From: Phoronis australis
Lineage: Eukaryota; Animalia; Phoronida
Direction: 5' to 3'
NCBI GenBank assembly: GCA_002633005.1
Contig: NMRA01000245.1
Coordinates: 544,009-608,008 of the forward strand
DNA: 64,000 nucleotides
Shown here: piece after piece, positions 51,443 through 63,564 of the stretch
Layout of the letters: each line of letters begins with the position of its first letter
Position numbering within the stretch: the stretch's first letter is position 1
Program-made: the position numbers and the translations under genes
The notes under the pieces: generated by a model
Seen by the model: only the letters and a program-made list of their open reading frames with translations
Database searches by the model: none
What the model was told of the DNA's origin: nothing

Positions 51443-51485
51443 ATGGCTGAAAGAAGCGCGTTTGGTGTTGTGAAAGCTGAGGATG
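51443..51485 (+). other. PYM1: Duplicate of PYM1 exon 1 (identical; possible alternative first exon)
   Basis: Same 43-nt ATG-to-donor sequence as 54690-54732, inside the left direct repeat. Confidence 0.75.
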
Positions 51486-51576
51486 GTAAATTCAATATTT
51501 TCTTGGTTTACGTTTGTTAATTTGACCAACTGAAGGTTGTTTAGAACTCTATAAATGTCAGAATTTGTTTCGCCGT

Positions 51577-54291
51577 TGTTACTGCAGACGCAATCATTCA
51601 TATTGCCTGTGTATATTAAGTATTGTTTCCTGTTGTACTCATTTTNAACCTACCCCTCGAAAATCCACTTGCTCTCCGTAAAAACTGTAGGAACAAAGCA
51701 CTGAAGGTTTTGATGACGTAGAACACAGATTCCTGAATGTATACGTCATGAAATAAGTTGTTTTCACATATTCATTCCCATGCTGTTCGAGTAGGAAAGT
51801 TGTTGTTCATCGTCAAGTCATCGCATTTCTTCAGGTAAGTTACATAATTATATGAATATATTACATCACATAAATTTAACCCTTTATGAATCTACATGCC
51901 GATTTTTATGAAGATCTATCGATGCCCTCATAGTTTTTTTCAATCCCCAACTATGGTACTCGAATTTGTAGTGTTACGGCCATGTTGGATGAACGGTAAT
52001 TTGCTTGGTCTTGAAACGAATCTTTTTTCTCATGACCTGTTCCTTTTCTGCAATTGTTTTGCGTTTTGAAAGTCGCCAAGTACAAGTTAGATTTACATTT
52101 GGAGATATTAATTGTTATTTGTGGTCTAAATACAATGATTCTTGTTTATTTTTGTCACAGGAACCCAGGTCACGTGACATGGTTCTGACAATGTGATTGG
52201 TTTATTTGTTAAATAAATGAACAGCGGCTGCCAAACTAAGAACAGCTGGCTGACGAATGTAAACAGTGAACATTGCTGGATGAGCTAGCCTTTTATGAAC
52301 ATTTTTGAAATCCTTTATATTCATATTGACAGAAGAAATTATTTCATCAATGCATTTTCATTGTTCTTGTTATTTCAAACTTGCTTGATAAATTTCAATA
52401 TGAAATTTTGTTCTTTGTTTTCAACATTTTTTTATGGTAAAAGTGGTTTCTTTGCAATCTCACCTCAAGAAACTTAGATGGAAACAAAGTTCTTTGATAA
52501 CTGATATTAGATGTCATTTTTGCAAAACAACATTTCATCAACGCGTTTTCAGTGCTGAAATGAAGTGCATTATTGTTAGCCAATTTTTAGTTCATTTTAA
52601 TACACAGCCAGTGGAGTACAATTACCTTTTGCATTTGCAAAAAGGACTTTCCTTGGTATAAACATTCAGAATCACAAATTTCAATATTTTTTGATTTTCA
52701 GGATGCCACCAAAAAAGAAAAGAAAGCTGTCGCTAGTTTCTGATAAACCTGGCTTAGCTCGTCAGTACCTGGAAGAGCAAAAATACATAATAAGTTATTG
52801 GCAAGAAGAAGAAGATGAAGACTCTGCTTTGGACTGTGATATGCATAAATATGAATTAGCTGCAGATTTTGTTAATAAAGATTTAGTTTTATGCTGAGAA
52901 AAAGTGTCACAACACGTATTGGGCTGGTAGGGTACTTATGTTGAGGATGCTATGTTTTGTTATGTTGTGAATATGCTGATGAAGTACTAGTTTACAAACA
53001 ATCCCGGGTCTTCCGGTGTGCCAGTTACCATAACAATTTGGTGACTCTTGTTTTGCAAGACTTTTTGTGTAAATGAGTATGGTAATATTTCATCGTTACC
53101 GTTATTATTTGTCTATTTCATTATCAAATAATGGCATATTTTGCACCACCTGATGGCAATTTAAAAACATGAGTACGTTGGTGACATCGGCTTTCCTGTT
53201 TGCCAAATTTCTCAAATGATCATAATGATGAGAAGGCTACTCTGACGCTTATTTCTGGGCAGGTTCGACTACTGTGGTGACCCGTAGTGGCAATTTTTTA
53301 TTTTTTAAAATTTTTTTTACGATTGCCTTGTTGTCATGCGAGTTCCTTGATGAATCTCCATGAAATTCAGCATATAAGCTGTATGAAAGAGATAATGACG
53401 CTTTCATATTTTCGCATGGGTTTGACATTTATGTATATATTTTTTCTATTTCTTAAAGTTGTAAGTCAATTTTGTACCACTTTTGACATCAATAGTGTTT
53501 TGAAATCAAAACACACTCATTCTACAAAATTGGACACTCATCCACATCTTCTACTGCGTGCATCAGTGTTTGAAGTGTCTTGTGCTTTGTTGGGTATCAC
53601 ACAATGCCTCATACATTGCCCACATCGCTCTGCTCCAAACTACGTTTAGAATGGTGATGAAGGGTGGTGTGCTCACATTGAGGAGAGCATTGACTTGCTT
53701 TTCAGTTCCGCATTGCTCTTGTTATAGAAAGTGTTCATGTACTTACAATAAAGATGATACTATGGTTATTCAAGTCCGTTTTGGTAATTAGTTAATTACT
53801 AATACTTATTTTCTGCATATAATTAACAAAAAGGTTGTATTTTTATGTATTGTTGCTCTTAATTAAGCTCCCATAGCTTTAGAATCCTATTAGTGTTACA
53901 TCTAGAGAAAAAATTGCGAGAATTTTCTCTTGACTAATTAACGTAATTACAATCAGTTAATCATTCCAGTCGAGAATTGTTTTGGTGTTTATCAAACCAG
54001 ATTCTAAACATTATTATCTTTCAAACAAAAAAAGTTTCATCTCAATTGGTTGAGAACTGGCGAAGTTATGATTATATGTTGTAAAAAATACCAATATAAT
54101 GCGTCATGTTTTGGGCTAAAACAATAGGAGAATTAGTAGCTTCAAAAGCGATCGTTACAATGCAATATCTCTGGAAGTATTTTAGGTACAAATGTAAAAA
54201 AGATATTTTTGGAAAGCTCTTGATGAGAGCTTTCCAATGACATCAAAATTAATGGTAAGTTTTGAAAAGAAAATTTTTTGTCACGTCCCTA
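51577..54291 (+). mobile_element. 2.7-kb composite, probably DNA-transposon-derived insert between the direct repeats
   Basis: Perfect donor CAG|GTAAGT (51835), acceptors at 52160 and 52701, ORF MPPKKKRK... (52703-52897), nested HINE-like element, transposon-style subterminal palindrome gaaagctcttgatgagagctttc (~54212) and terminus ...tgtcacgtcccta. Confidence 0.55.
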
Positions 54292-54426
54292 CTATAAGAC
54301 AGACAGGAAAGTGTTAAAAACATCGTCCGAGATAAGCTCCCGGGCCTAAAATGCAGGACTACTATGACCAATACTTTTCAGTTACATTTCTGTTACATAT
54401 TGACAAAAAATCAAATGCATTTTTAC

Positions 54427-54474
54427 CATTAAGGCCAACTTTCGATGAAAATCACCTCTCTGTGCGACCATCAT
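54427..54474 (-). other. DNAJC28: Duplicate of putative DNAJC28 exon 1
   Basis: Same as 51180-51227 except one synonymous change (GCT/GCC, Ala); donor intact. Confidence 0.6.
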
Positions 54475-54689
54475 GATGGACCGGATGTTGTGGTCTCGTA
54501 ATTGCAACAACTCGAATTTTTTTACTGGGAAATGTGCCTCGATCATATTAATACAAATAAATCATCTGTAATGCTCAGAATATGTGTCACATATTGAAAT
54601 GATTTCATTTATATGTACGTTGATGACAATTACCCGTTTAAACATAATTCGAAATTACATTTAAGTTGACATCAGGAAATAGATAAATT

Positions 54690-54732
54690 ATGGCTGAAAG
54701 AAGCGCGTTTGGTGTTGTGAAAGCTGAGGATG
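54690..54732 (+). CDS. PYM1: PYM1 (wibg, partner of Y14-Mago) coding exon 1 (copy in right repeat)
   Basis: ATG GCT GAA...GAT G|GTaaat gives MAERSAFGVVKAED(G), phase 1, in frame with the exon at 58396. Confidence 0.8.
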
Positions 54733-55106
54733 GTAAATTCAATATTTTCTTGGTTTACGTTTGTTAATTTGACCAACTGAAGGTTGTTTAGAACTCTATA
54801 AATGTCAGAATTTGTTTCGCCGTAGTGTAACTGTTTCATTATTGTAGTTGAATGCTTTACAATCTAAACCGGCTTATCTGCTATCATTCGACAAGGACGA
54901 CAGCCTCAACACTAGTTCAACGCCAATGGACAATGTGGATGTGAAATCGTGTGAAATCCCAAGACATTGTCTTATTGACCCTTATTGGACGTCATGCATG
55001 GCACAGATTGGATATAGTGCATTAGTGGGTCCTGAGTTAGAGAACCAGTTTCATCCACTGATCGTAATAGACTTATTGGGCACAAGTCGGATATAGACTC
55101 GGGAAC

Positions 55107-55727
55107 CCAATGGTAGGGAGGACAACGTTTTTTTAATTTTTTATACAATACCCATGTGTCATACATTTTTGAAAAGCCCTTAGTGTGAGAAACGAAATGG
55201 TGCAAAAATCAGAAAAATTGGATGAGCGGTTGACGAGAAAATGTCCGTTGAAACGCGACGATTATGCGTAAAATATCTGCCTTTTTACATAATTTCGTAA
55301 AAAATAAAAGAATATACATGTGCTGCATATAAAAAGATTCGTCTAATTGAGACAAACATGGTGGTGTGTATTATATAAAATTTGGATTGAGTCTACAGAG
55401 ATACTATATGCTAATAACACACTTAAACAGCAATATCTCTGTAGAAATCGATCCAAATTTTATATAATATACACCACCATGTTTGTCTCAATGAGACGAA
55501 TCTTTTTATATGCAGCACATGTATATTCTTCTATTTTTTACGAAATTATGTAAAAAGGCAGATATTTTACGCATAATCGTCGCGTTTCAACGGCCATTTT
55601 CTCGTCAACCGCTCATCCAATTTTTCTGATTTTTGCACCATTTCATTTCTCACACCAAGGGCTTTTCAAAAATGTATGACACATGGGTATTGTAAAAAAA
55701 ATTAAAAAACGTCCTCCCTACCAATGG
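55107..55727. mobile_element. Foldback-type MITE: ~300-bp near-perfect inverted arms with a ~25-nt spacer
   Basis: 55107-55404 is the reverse complement of ~55433-55727 with few mismatches; the right side continues ...gtccgcTTAA. Confidence 0.88.
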
Positions 55728-57049
55728 TCGTCCGCTTAAGCATAAAACCAACTTGCTGTCATACTCACCCAATTATTCCAGTTCGAAGTTATGCTCTGAA
55801 TATGATTTTAACTCTCACAAATATATAGTATTCGTTGATTCAAAAGTTTTCTTTTATTTATGCCGAATTGTTTCAATTGTACGCTTTTCGGCATCCATTT
55901 TATAATGACTCCTATGGTCGTCATATGCTGCCGCCTTTTGAAAGAACAGAAAACCATGCAGAAAAAGGCCAAGAATATAGTGGAAAGGGGCTTACAATAA
56001 TTCTAGTTCAACCACAAAGTGTCTTACTGGTATGATATCGATTTTTAAATCGATTAAAATTGGTTCAAAATTTCAGTTGTGGAAAATAAATCGCAATTGT
56101 TTTATTTCAGATAGACCTTACTTATTTTCTATTTGTGACTCCTGCCAGAACACGCAAAAAATCTTCAGTGGGCAGTACATTAGAGGTGATGTTGTTTGGC
56201 CTATGGTAGCACGTAGTGGCTGCTGGAAAATTTAACTTCTTTACTCAAAAATAACTGCCAATCAATGTGTGTTTGGTGACCTAACTGCCATGTACACGAC
56301 CAAATGACATCAATCCCACAGTATTTATTTGCACTTTACATTAATATTCAGTATATTCTTTTCTCGAGTACCAATTATTGTGTGAAATTTTTAGAGTTTT
56401 ACAAAATGGAGATGAAAGTTTGTGCCAGGTGTATTTAATTTAAGTTTGGGTTTGCAACAAACCCACTCATCCACTAGTTGGATTGAGGGGTCCTCCAATC
56501 TGCTTCCACGAGTCGTGACCGACAAATGACCTGTATCTTACTTGGTCGCAACGTTCCTTCACCATGTAGATTAATTTCTAAAAGTTGACATTGTCTGAAG
56601 CACAGGTACCATAATTTCTGCCTCAAGTGACCCATCTTCACAGCCTTGGGATATTGAGCCTGTCTAGACTGAATCTTTATTGATTATGATTCTGTGGGAA
56701 TTGAATTTACTTTCATTTGCCATAGTGAATGCTGCTTTGATTGCTTTGATTTAGGAATGGTTTATCTGCAAGTATCACTTTACAGTAATGTATCAGTTTG
56801 ATCAAAAGGACTGTGGTTGGAGACGGCAAATTAGGTCATACTGTGTTAAGGGCCTTCTGAAGTATTTAGTTATACATACTTCAGTAGAGGATAAAGCTAC
56901 TGGTTATCAAATCTGTAGATTGATTTGTTAGTAGTTATAACATGCCACTATTTAAGTCTTATGCCCAGTACTGACTATTTATAGTTGTTTGAACAAGAAT
57001 TTTCTATAATCAGATGGTTTTAACTATATTTTAATGAAGCATGAAAATA

Positions 57050-57140
57050 GTTCCAGGTGATCAGTGCACTGGACCCACCTGGGTGGCCTGCGCACGTCTG
57101 ATACAACGGAGCGTGTACCAGACCGCCTGCTGTTATTTTT
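57050..57140 (+). mobile_element. 5'-truncated copy of the SINE-like element at 17626
   Basis: Aligns with 17773-17857. Confidence 0.55.
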
Positions 57141-58238
57141 ATCTACAATGTGATCCCATCTCAGAGCGTATGACAGAGTTAAATCTCATCAATTCTGGGA
57201 AAATAATAGCCAAATTTAGCCTTCATTTTTTCAACCTGAGGTTCTGACATAGGTGCTGTTCCCTTGTGGAAATTGCCGGGAATAATCCTTGTGTTTATTC
57301 GGCAAATTTTCAGTGGTAAAAAGTTCTTCATTGGGACACAACTTCGCAGGGATTCTGAGTTCACAAGATTAATTTGGTGGAAGTTTGTTCATCAGTTGGA
57401 TGTTTGTTTACTATTTAAAATTTCCGTTCAGACTGCTCTAACAGTATTACAGCCAATGGTCTGATACTCTGAGTCTCATTTGTTCAATGCAATCAGCTAA
57501 ATTAGCTCATTGTTCAGTGTAACAAACAGATATGTTAATAGTCTCACCAATGAGCTAAATATAATAGTATTTAGGTCATGGGCGTCACAGGTGTATGACA
57601 AGGGCATTTTCAAGGCCTGCTGATAGGGACTGCAGAACTGGAATTATTGATTACGTGAGGCCATAACAAATTATTGGAAATAATTTCTGCAAAGTTAATG
57701 GTATTTTAAAATACAAGGGAAAGCTAATTAAATGTTGTGAAGGCCCACCTTGTGTGTTGTTAGCTATAGTACACAGCTTTTTCTGGTAAAATATTAATGT
57801 GGTGCTTTAAACAGGAATCAAAGAAAAAATTAAATGTGTGACATACTGTGTCCTATATTGGTCTGGTTTTACTGTTTTTTTTTTTTTGGTTTCCTTTGAT
57901 ATATTCAGATTGCACTTTCCTACCTGCATCACCACTCCCCTGTTTTTGTGAGTTTTGGTCTGACAGTGGAAAAGCGCTTCTCTTGGACTATCGCAACCAT
58001 TGCAACTCTGCAACTCCTCTTCAAAATAAGTGTGGAACTGTCCTGCAATGGGAGTGTCCAACTGCACTCCAGTGGGGGGGATCGCTGGAGGTTGTTACAT
58101 GTAACACAAGTATTCGGTCAAGAGTGCGAATGCAATCTGGTGTTAAATTCTTAGAACTTGCAACATCTCCAAGGTTGTAACTGGAGAGGAGTTGGTGGGA
58201 AAGATAGGGGAGTTGTGATGGAGTTACAGTAATGGGAA

Positions 58239-58341
58239 ACTGACAATAATGCATAGATTATGATTAGTGACTGGCAATAATGTATAGATTATGATTAGTG
58301 ACTGACAATAATGCATAGATTATGATTAGTGACTACATAAT
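58239..58341. repeat. 31-bp tandem repeat x~3.3
   Basis: actgacaataatgcatagattatgattagtg units just upstream of the PYM1 exon 2 acceptor. Confidence 0.93.
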
Positions 58342-58395
58342 GTGTCAGTGTTGTTGCACTTGTCGTTGAATTTCTGTGTATGGTATGTTTTGCAG

Positions 58396-58492
58396 GACAG
58401 TTTTATCTGCCCGCCACCCAGCGGCCCGACGGTAGTTGGAGAAAGCCGAGGAAGGTGAAAGATGGTTACGTCCCACAAGAGGAGATGCCAGT
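58396..58492 (+). CDS. PYM1: PYM1 exon 2 (Mago-binding domain)
   Basis: (G)[31 protein letters not shown](V), compare human [31 protein letters not shown]. Confidence 0.95.
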
Positions 58493-59579
58493 GTATGTAT
58501 CCAGTGCACCTTTTTTTATAAAAAGTGGTATTCCGTCGCTATTTAGCTCTCAATGTTGAATTATTCACCGTTGCATATGATCTTGAGTTATTGGCAAATG
58601 AGCTGGCATCTAAAGTCGCTGGCGATGCATATTTGTGCCATTTTTGGATTGACAATTTTGAGATTGGCCAAGCCCAATAAGGGTTTTCTTGAGTAGATGG
58701 TGGGTTCGATGCTCTTGTAGGTAACATAATTAGAGTTCCATAATAGTTGGGATTGTGGTGAGACCAATTTTATGAGAGGAAAGGGCCTAATGTGTTTTTA
58801 GCCAGCTAAACAGGGTGAAATTCAGCTTTAATGGGATAATTACTGATTTTAATTAAGGTTTATTTTATTTGTTGACATAAACATTGTATAAGGCCATCTT
58901 TCTGAACCAAACCCTTTTCCTGAAGCCGGTCATTTCTGTTACAAACTTTGCCTTTTTCTCAAGCTTTTGTACCTAAATAATAGAGAAGTTTTGTGCTGGT
59001 TTTTTTCCATGTAGACTAATGAACAATCAGACTTTGAAACAGTATGGTGCAGCTGTGGTGAGGTTAAGTGTCTTAAAAACGTTGTATGACGGAAGAGTAA
59101 CTTTTTATTTTATCAGAATTTTCAACAAGAGTAAACAAGACAGTTTACTCGATTGTTTGAAAACTTTATATTGCACGGCTGTCATCAACAAACACACAAT
59201 GAAATTTTGAAATTTTTGGTGATGCAGCGAGCATCTGAAAATGAAGAAATGTCAGTTTTTGGCCATTATTTTTGTTAATTTTTGTTTGAATTGAGGGAAC
59301 TTTACTGTAACTTCAGTATTGATCTTGTGTGAGGTGGATAGCTCACAACTAGGCAAGTAATTGATTGCACTTACATAATCCTTTCTGGCAAGATTGATTA
59401 AGCTCAAAAAATGCGCTTTTTTAAGCTTCCGTACTGGCAATGTGGTTGATGTCCTTGTTTTAGTGCTCTTGAGTATACCAAGCGCGAGCTGCATCGTCGC
59501 ACTCACACGAACATATCATAGGTTGTGTTTGTTTTGATTGTCAGTTGGTAGGAAAACTGTCTTTGTTGTGTCACTGACT

Positions 59580-59840
59580 CATGCGCGCAACCAGGGGGGC
59601 TTGGGGGGCTCAAATGAGCCCCCCCATTTGGCGAAGTGGGCAAAATGATCCGTCTCAGAGAAACAAAAAGTCCGAGAAAAGGAGACAAAAGTTCACAAGC
59701 AAGGCGCAGACGCACAGTTCACAGTTCTGAAGGTGGTACCCCATTTTTTTTAAGTTTAGCCCTCCCGCTTTTTTGTCATTAAAAGGCCCACTTCGTCAGA
59801 AATTCGAGTCTCCCCATATTAAAGGCTGGGTGCGCGCATA
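59580..59840. mobile_element. MITE with ATGCGCGCA.CCAG terminal inverted repeats
   Basis: atgcgcgcaaccag ... ctgggtgcgcgcat; internal GGGGGGCTCA/TGAGCCCCCC hairpin. Confidence 0.65.
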
Positions 59841-60739
59841 TGACTAGCGATCTTAGTGTAGCTTGCCCAGTAACGGTTACCAAGAGGTAAGGTTTTCCAA
59901 ACTTGGAATTCAATCTTCAAGGGGTAAACCCCACGAGTTCATGAATTTTTTTAACGAACCTGGTTTACATGATATTACTTTAGTCATTAGTAGTCTTTTT
60001 CTAGCCGACCCAGCATTGGTTTGTGAGGAGACGAGGAAATCCAAGCTTGGCTGCCTTCTTCCAAAAAACTAAACTTTTGCAGTTATGGATTTAGCCCTAT
60101 TAAGGAGATGACGATACTCTTCCATTATCGTACGGATTCGATTTGTTTTTGCACCACCTATTGGGTATTTTTATTTTTTAGAGTTCATTTTTGGTATCCG
60201 CCTCTTTATGTGCCAAACTGCTTAAAGATGTGTTCCTGATGAGAAGACATTGATTTTTGGTCAGTGTTGACAACTGTAGCCGCGCCTCTTAATATCATTT
60301 TTGCGTACTCGCTGTAGGATTGTTGTGAAATTTTGCAAGTTTTATACTATAAATGTGAGTACAGCTGCCTACGACTTTTGGACGGATCTCGCTACAACTA
60401 GTGGCAATTTTTGTTTTTTTGTTTGTCTCTGACAGTCTTTATTGAACTTTGACAAACAAGTTTCTGTTATGATGGGTCTAACATTTTTCCATTTTGGGAT
60501 GGTTTTGACATATTTTGTACTACCTAGTGGTCATAAACATTAAACACGACAAACCCTCGAAGCGCACCATTTGCATTGGAGGTGTGGGCGCATCTATTTA
60601 ATTAACCATATTCTTCAGAATGAAGTTTGTAGAGAATTGTGACAAAATAAAATTCATTTTACTTTTTCGCTGTATTTTGTCATAAACTGAAGGATTTTTT
60701 CAGTGTGTAGTATTATTTACGGTTTTCATGTATATATAG

Positions 60740-61172
60740 GTATGAGAGCAAAGGTACGCTGTGGAAGAAAGACGTGCCTGAGTGTCCCGGGCTTGTTGTG
60801 GATACACCCTCTCCGCTGACTGGCCTGTCTAAATCTGCCAAGAAAAATGCGAAACGGAAAGAAAAGAGACGACAGCAAGTATCTTGCCCCGCAGCTGACG
60901 AAAATGCTGTCAGTTCGCTAACATCCTCGATGGAGGCAGCGACCGTTGACGAAGCGGTGAAACCGGCAGAATCAACAGCCGTTGCCACTCCAGAGGAGAT
61001 CAACAAGAAGATAAAAAATCTCAATAAGAAACTGAAGCAGATCGAAGACTTGCAGCGTAAGATTCAGTCTGGTGAATTGGCCGACCCAGACCCCGATCAG
61101 CTGGCAAAGATTATGAGAAAAGCCGAGTATCAGTCACAGCTCGAAGATTTAGAGTTGGAGTTAAAAACGTAG
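60740..61172 (+). CDS. PYM1: PYM1 terminal exon 3
   Basis: YESKG...GLSKSAKKNAKRKEKRRQQ...KKIKNLNKKLKQIEDLQRKIQSGE...QLEDLELELKT*, matching the PYM C-terminus; AATAAA at ~61393. Confidence 0.95.
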
Positions 61173-63398
61173 TGGCAGCTTTGTCGCTGTGCACCAGGTG
61201 GCGCTGGCGTGGTAGGGATCTTTCCTTAATTTCAGGCAATGATAGTGTACATTGGTATCTGGTCACATTTTGAGAAAACGTGCAGGCAATTGCTATGATA
61301 GATGCTATATTTCTGTATGTAAAGTATTTTTAAATATGACGGTCACATGTGTGAAATGTCATGTTGTAAATATATTTTACAGAGAAATATGTCAATAAAT
61401 ATAATCCCTGCATTTCTTTTACTTGTTTCAGGCCCCACGTACTAACCAAGCACGTTGCATGATTTGAGTTCAGATTTGTAAAATTTACTCTAAACATGCC
61501 ATACAGTATTTTAATTTTCTAGTCTAGTTTCGAGGTCACAGATTAAGCCTCGGCATTGAAGTTGACATTGAATTATGCCATCTTTGGGAACGTAGATGTA
61601 CTAACAATACAACATTCTGTCGAATATTTTAATGGCCATTTTGTTCTCTCAGTTACGTACTGTACAAATACAACGAAAGCTCCAACACTTGGTTTTGTTG
61701 TAGATGGAATCTTAAACATTCATTAGCTCATAGTTCATAAAACTGGTTGAGAATCATTGATACGATCCATTATGTGTTTGGCGAAATGATATTTTGACAG
61801 TGCTTTAATTGATTCTTCCAACGTTTTGTTGCGAAAATTAATACGAGCAAAAGTCGGCCCAAGCTCACCGTGTTTGACATTTGCCTAAGTTGGCCAAACT
61901 CTTATTTCAAGAAAAGATTCTGTAAATCAGTCCAAGGTGCCTGCTGTCAATGCAATTCCAATTTTACTCAAAACGGACTAAATATCAGTAGTCAAGCCAG
62001 CCTGAAGTGTTGGAAGACGTAAATTATTTTAAAAATCTTCATCAAGGTACTAGCCAAATTTCCCTAGGGTCGTTAGTTCTTTTGTTTTCGGCATCTCAGT
62101 TGGTAGCATCTGTTATTCACTAAGGATGTGCATTCACTGGTATTTGCGTACCAATTTATCTCGTATATAACAGTGGAAGTGGGAACGTGATGCATACCAG
62201 GTGCAGTGCTTTGTTGTTATCAAAACTTAGCACAACATGCTTGGGACGGTCTTAGCTAAGGTGGGTCGTGGTTCCCTGCTTGCCTAAAGGGCCCTGTACA
62301 AGATATTTCGATCTGTTCCAAACGCAGTTTGTAGAAATTACACTGTTAGTCAATAAGATGATTTCACATATTTATGTATCTAAAGGAGATGACAACTAAT
62401 GTGAAATTACTAATACCAGAAATTTGGTAAAATTGATTTTGAGCACTGGAAGTTGGCAGTCAGTGTTATATAGACTGTTTTGTTTGGTAGAAAGAATGGA
62501 GTCTACATAATGGGCTTCATAAGGATAACAGTGTGCTGTCATAAGATTGTGAAATCTCAGAAGTGTTTTAAAAAACCTATTAAAATAGGTTTTTGATGTG
62601 TAAAATTCATTGAATGTATTGCCTAATTTTATCATAGGAATCGGGCAGGTGAATGTGGTCAAAACCACACCAGATTAAAGTCTCAAGAAGTGATTTTTGC
62701 CCAGTTTCTGATTTGTTAAAAAATAATTTAGGTTTGTTTGAGTGGCCTTTGGAAAAAAGAACTTCCATAAAACGATAAGGGTAGGTGTTCTTTTTTCTTT
62801 AAACATTTAGGTACATGTTACAAAGTGGTGCAAATCAAAACTATGCAAGTTATGCATTTTTTGGACGTACGTTTGACTTTTTAATCACGTATGTCTCCAA
62901 ACATTCTACATATTCTGACAGGGTTTCTGTTTTGAAACCTTGCAAAAATGTGTTTTGATTTGATTGAAAGTTTGAAAATCGGTCAATGCAAGTTGTTACA
63001 TGTCCACAAACTGACAGAATATTTGTTATCCATTAAAAAAGAAAGAATTTTATTAAAATATGATTTTAATGACATTGTCATTTTCAAGACATAACATGTA
63101 CATTAAAACTGTTTTACAACTAACTTGCTTTAATAGTAAAATATCACCAATTTTGTTCGAAAATAATTGTCAAAATTGATATTTTTTCAAAGGCTTCTTG
63201 TTGTCCTTTCCACACTTTCTGGAAACCGTCAAGTGGTAGCTACGGTCGATAACTTTGGAATGGTAAAGTGCATTTTGATACAACTTATTTTTTATGAAAA
63301 ATTGAAATTTCACTTGTTTGTCAAATGTCGTCCGAAATTGGTGATATTTTATCATAACTTGTAATGTTCCATTCTTCAAGTTCCGAGCTATACATAAT

Positions 63399-63564
63399 CA
63401 GTGGCGGATTTAAGGGGAGGGGGCAAGGGGGCTAGGGGGCTATGGCCCCCTAAAATTCTCCCATATTCCATTTGGCAGTATGGGGGTGCAAATGTCTGAT
63501 GGGCAAAATCCTGGCTAATACTCTGCCCTGCCCACCCAACTCAAAAAAATCCTGAATCCGCCCC
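63399..63564. mobile_element. MITE CAGTGGCGGATTTAAGG...CCTGAATCCGCCCCT; inverted relative at 38991-39130
   Basis: TIRs; internal tgtctga..ggcaaaat..taatactctgccctg matches the reverse complement of 39025-39065. Confidence 0.7.

Larger units (their letters stand above)
51045..51576. repeat. 532-bp direct repeat, copy 1 (bidirectional promoter cassette)
   Basis: ctataagacagacagg...tttgtttcgccgt recurs at 54292-54823; I count six substitutions and no indels. Confidence 0.97.
54292..54823. repeat. 532-bp direct repeat, copy 2
   Basis: See copy 1; offset 3247 bp. Confidence 0.97.

Noticed and set aside
52895-52897. TGA after Cys as a selenocysteine or readthrough codon
   Set aside because: No SECIS recognisable and no homology support; a nonsense mutation or true stop is simpler
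51045-54823. Reading the 532-bp direct repeats as the LTRs of a retrotransposon (TRIM/LARD)
   Set aside because: No TG...CA ends, PBS, PPT or short TSD, and the repeats contain host first exons
11340-60260. Hammerhead ribozymes at the several CTGATGA occurrences
   Set aside because: None that I inspected is followed by a stem II plus GAAA and a pairing stem III
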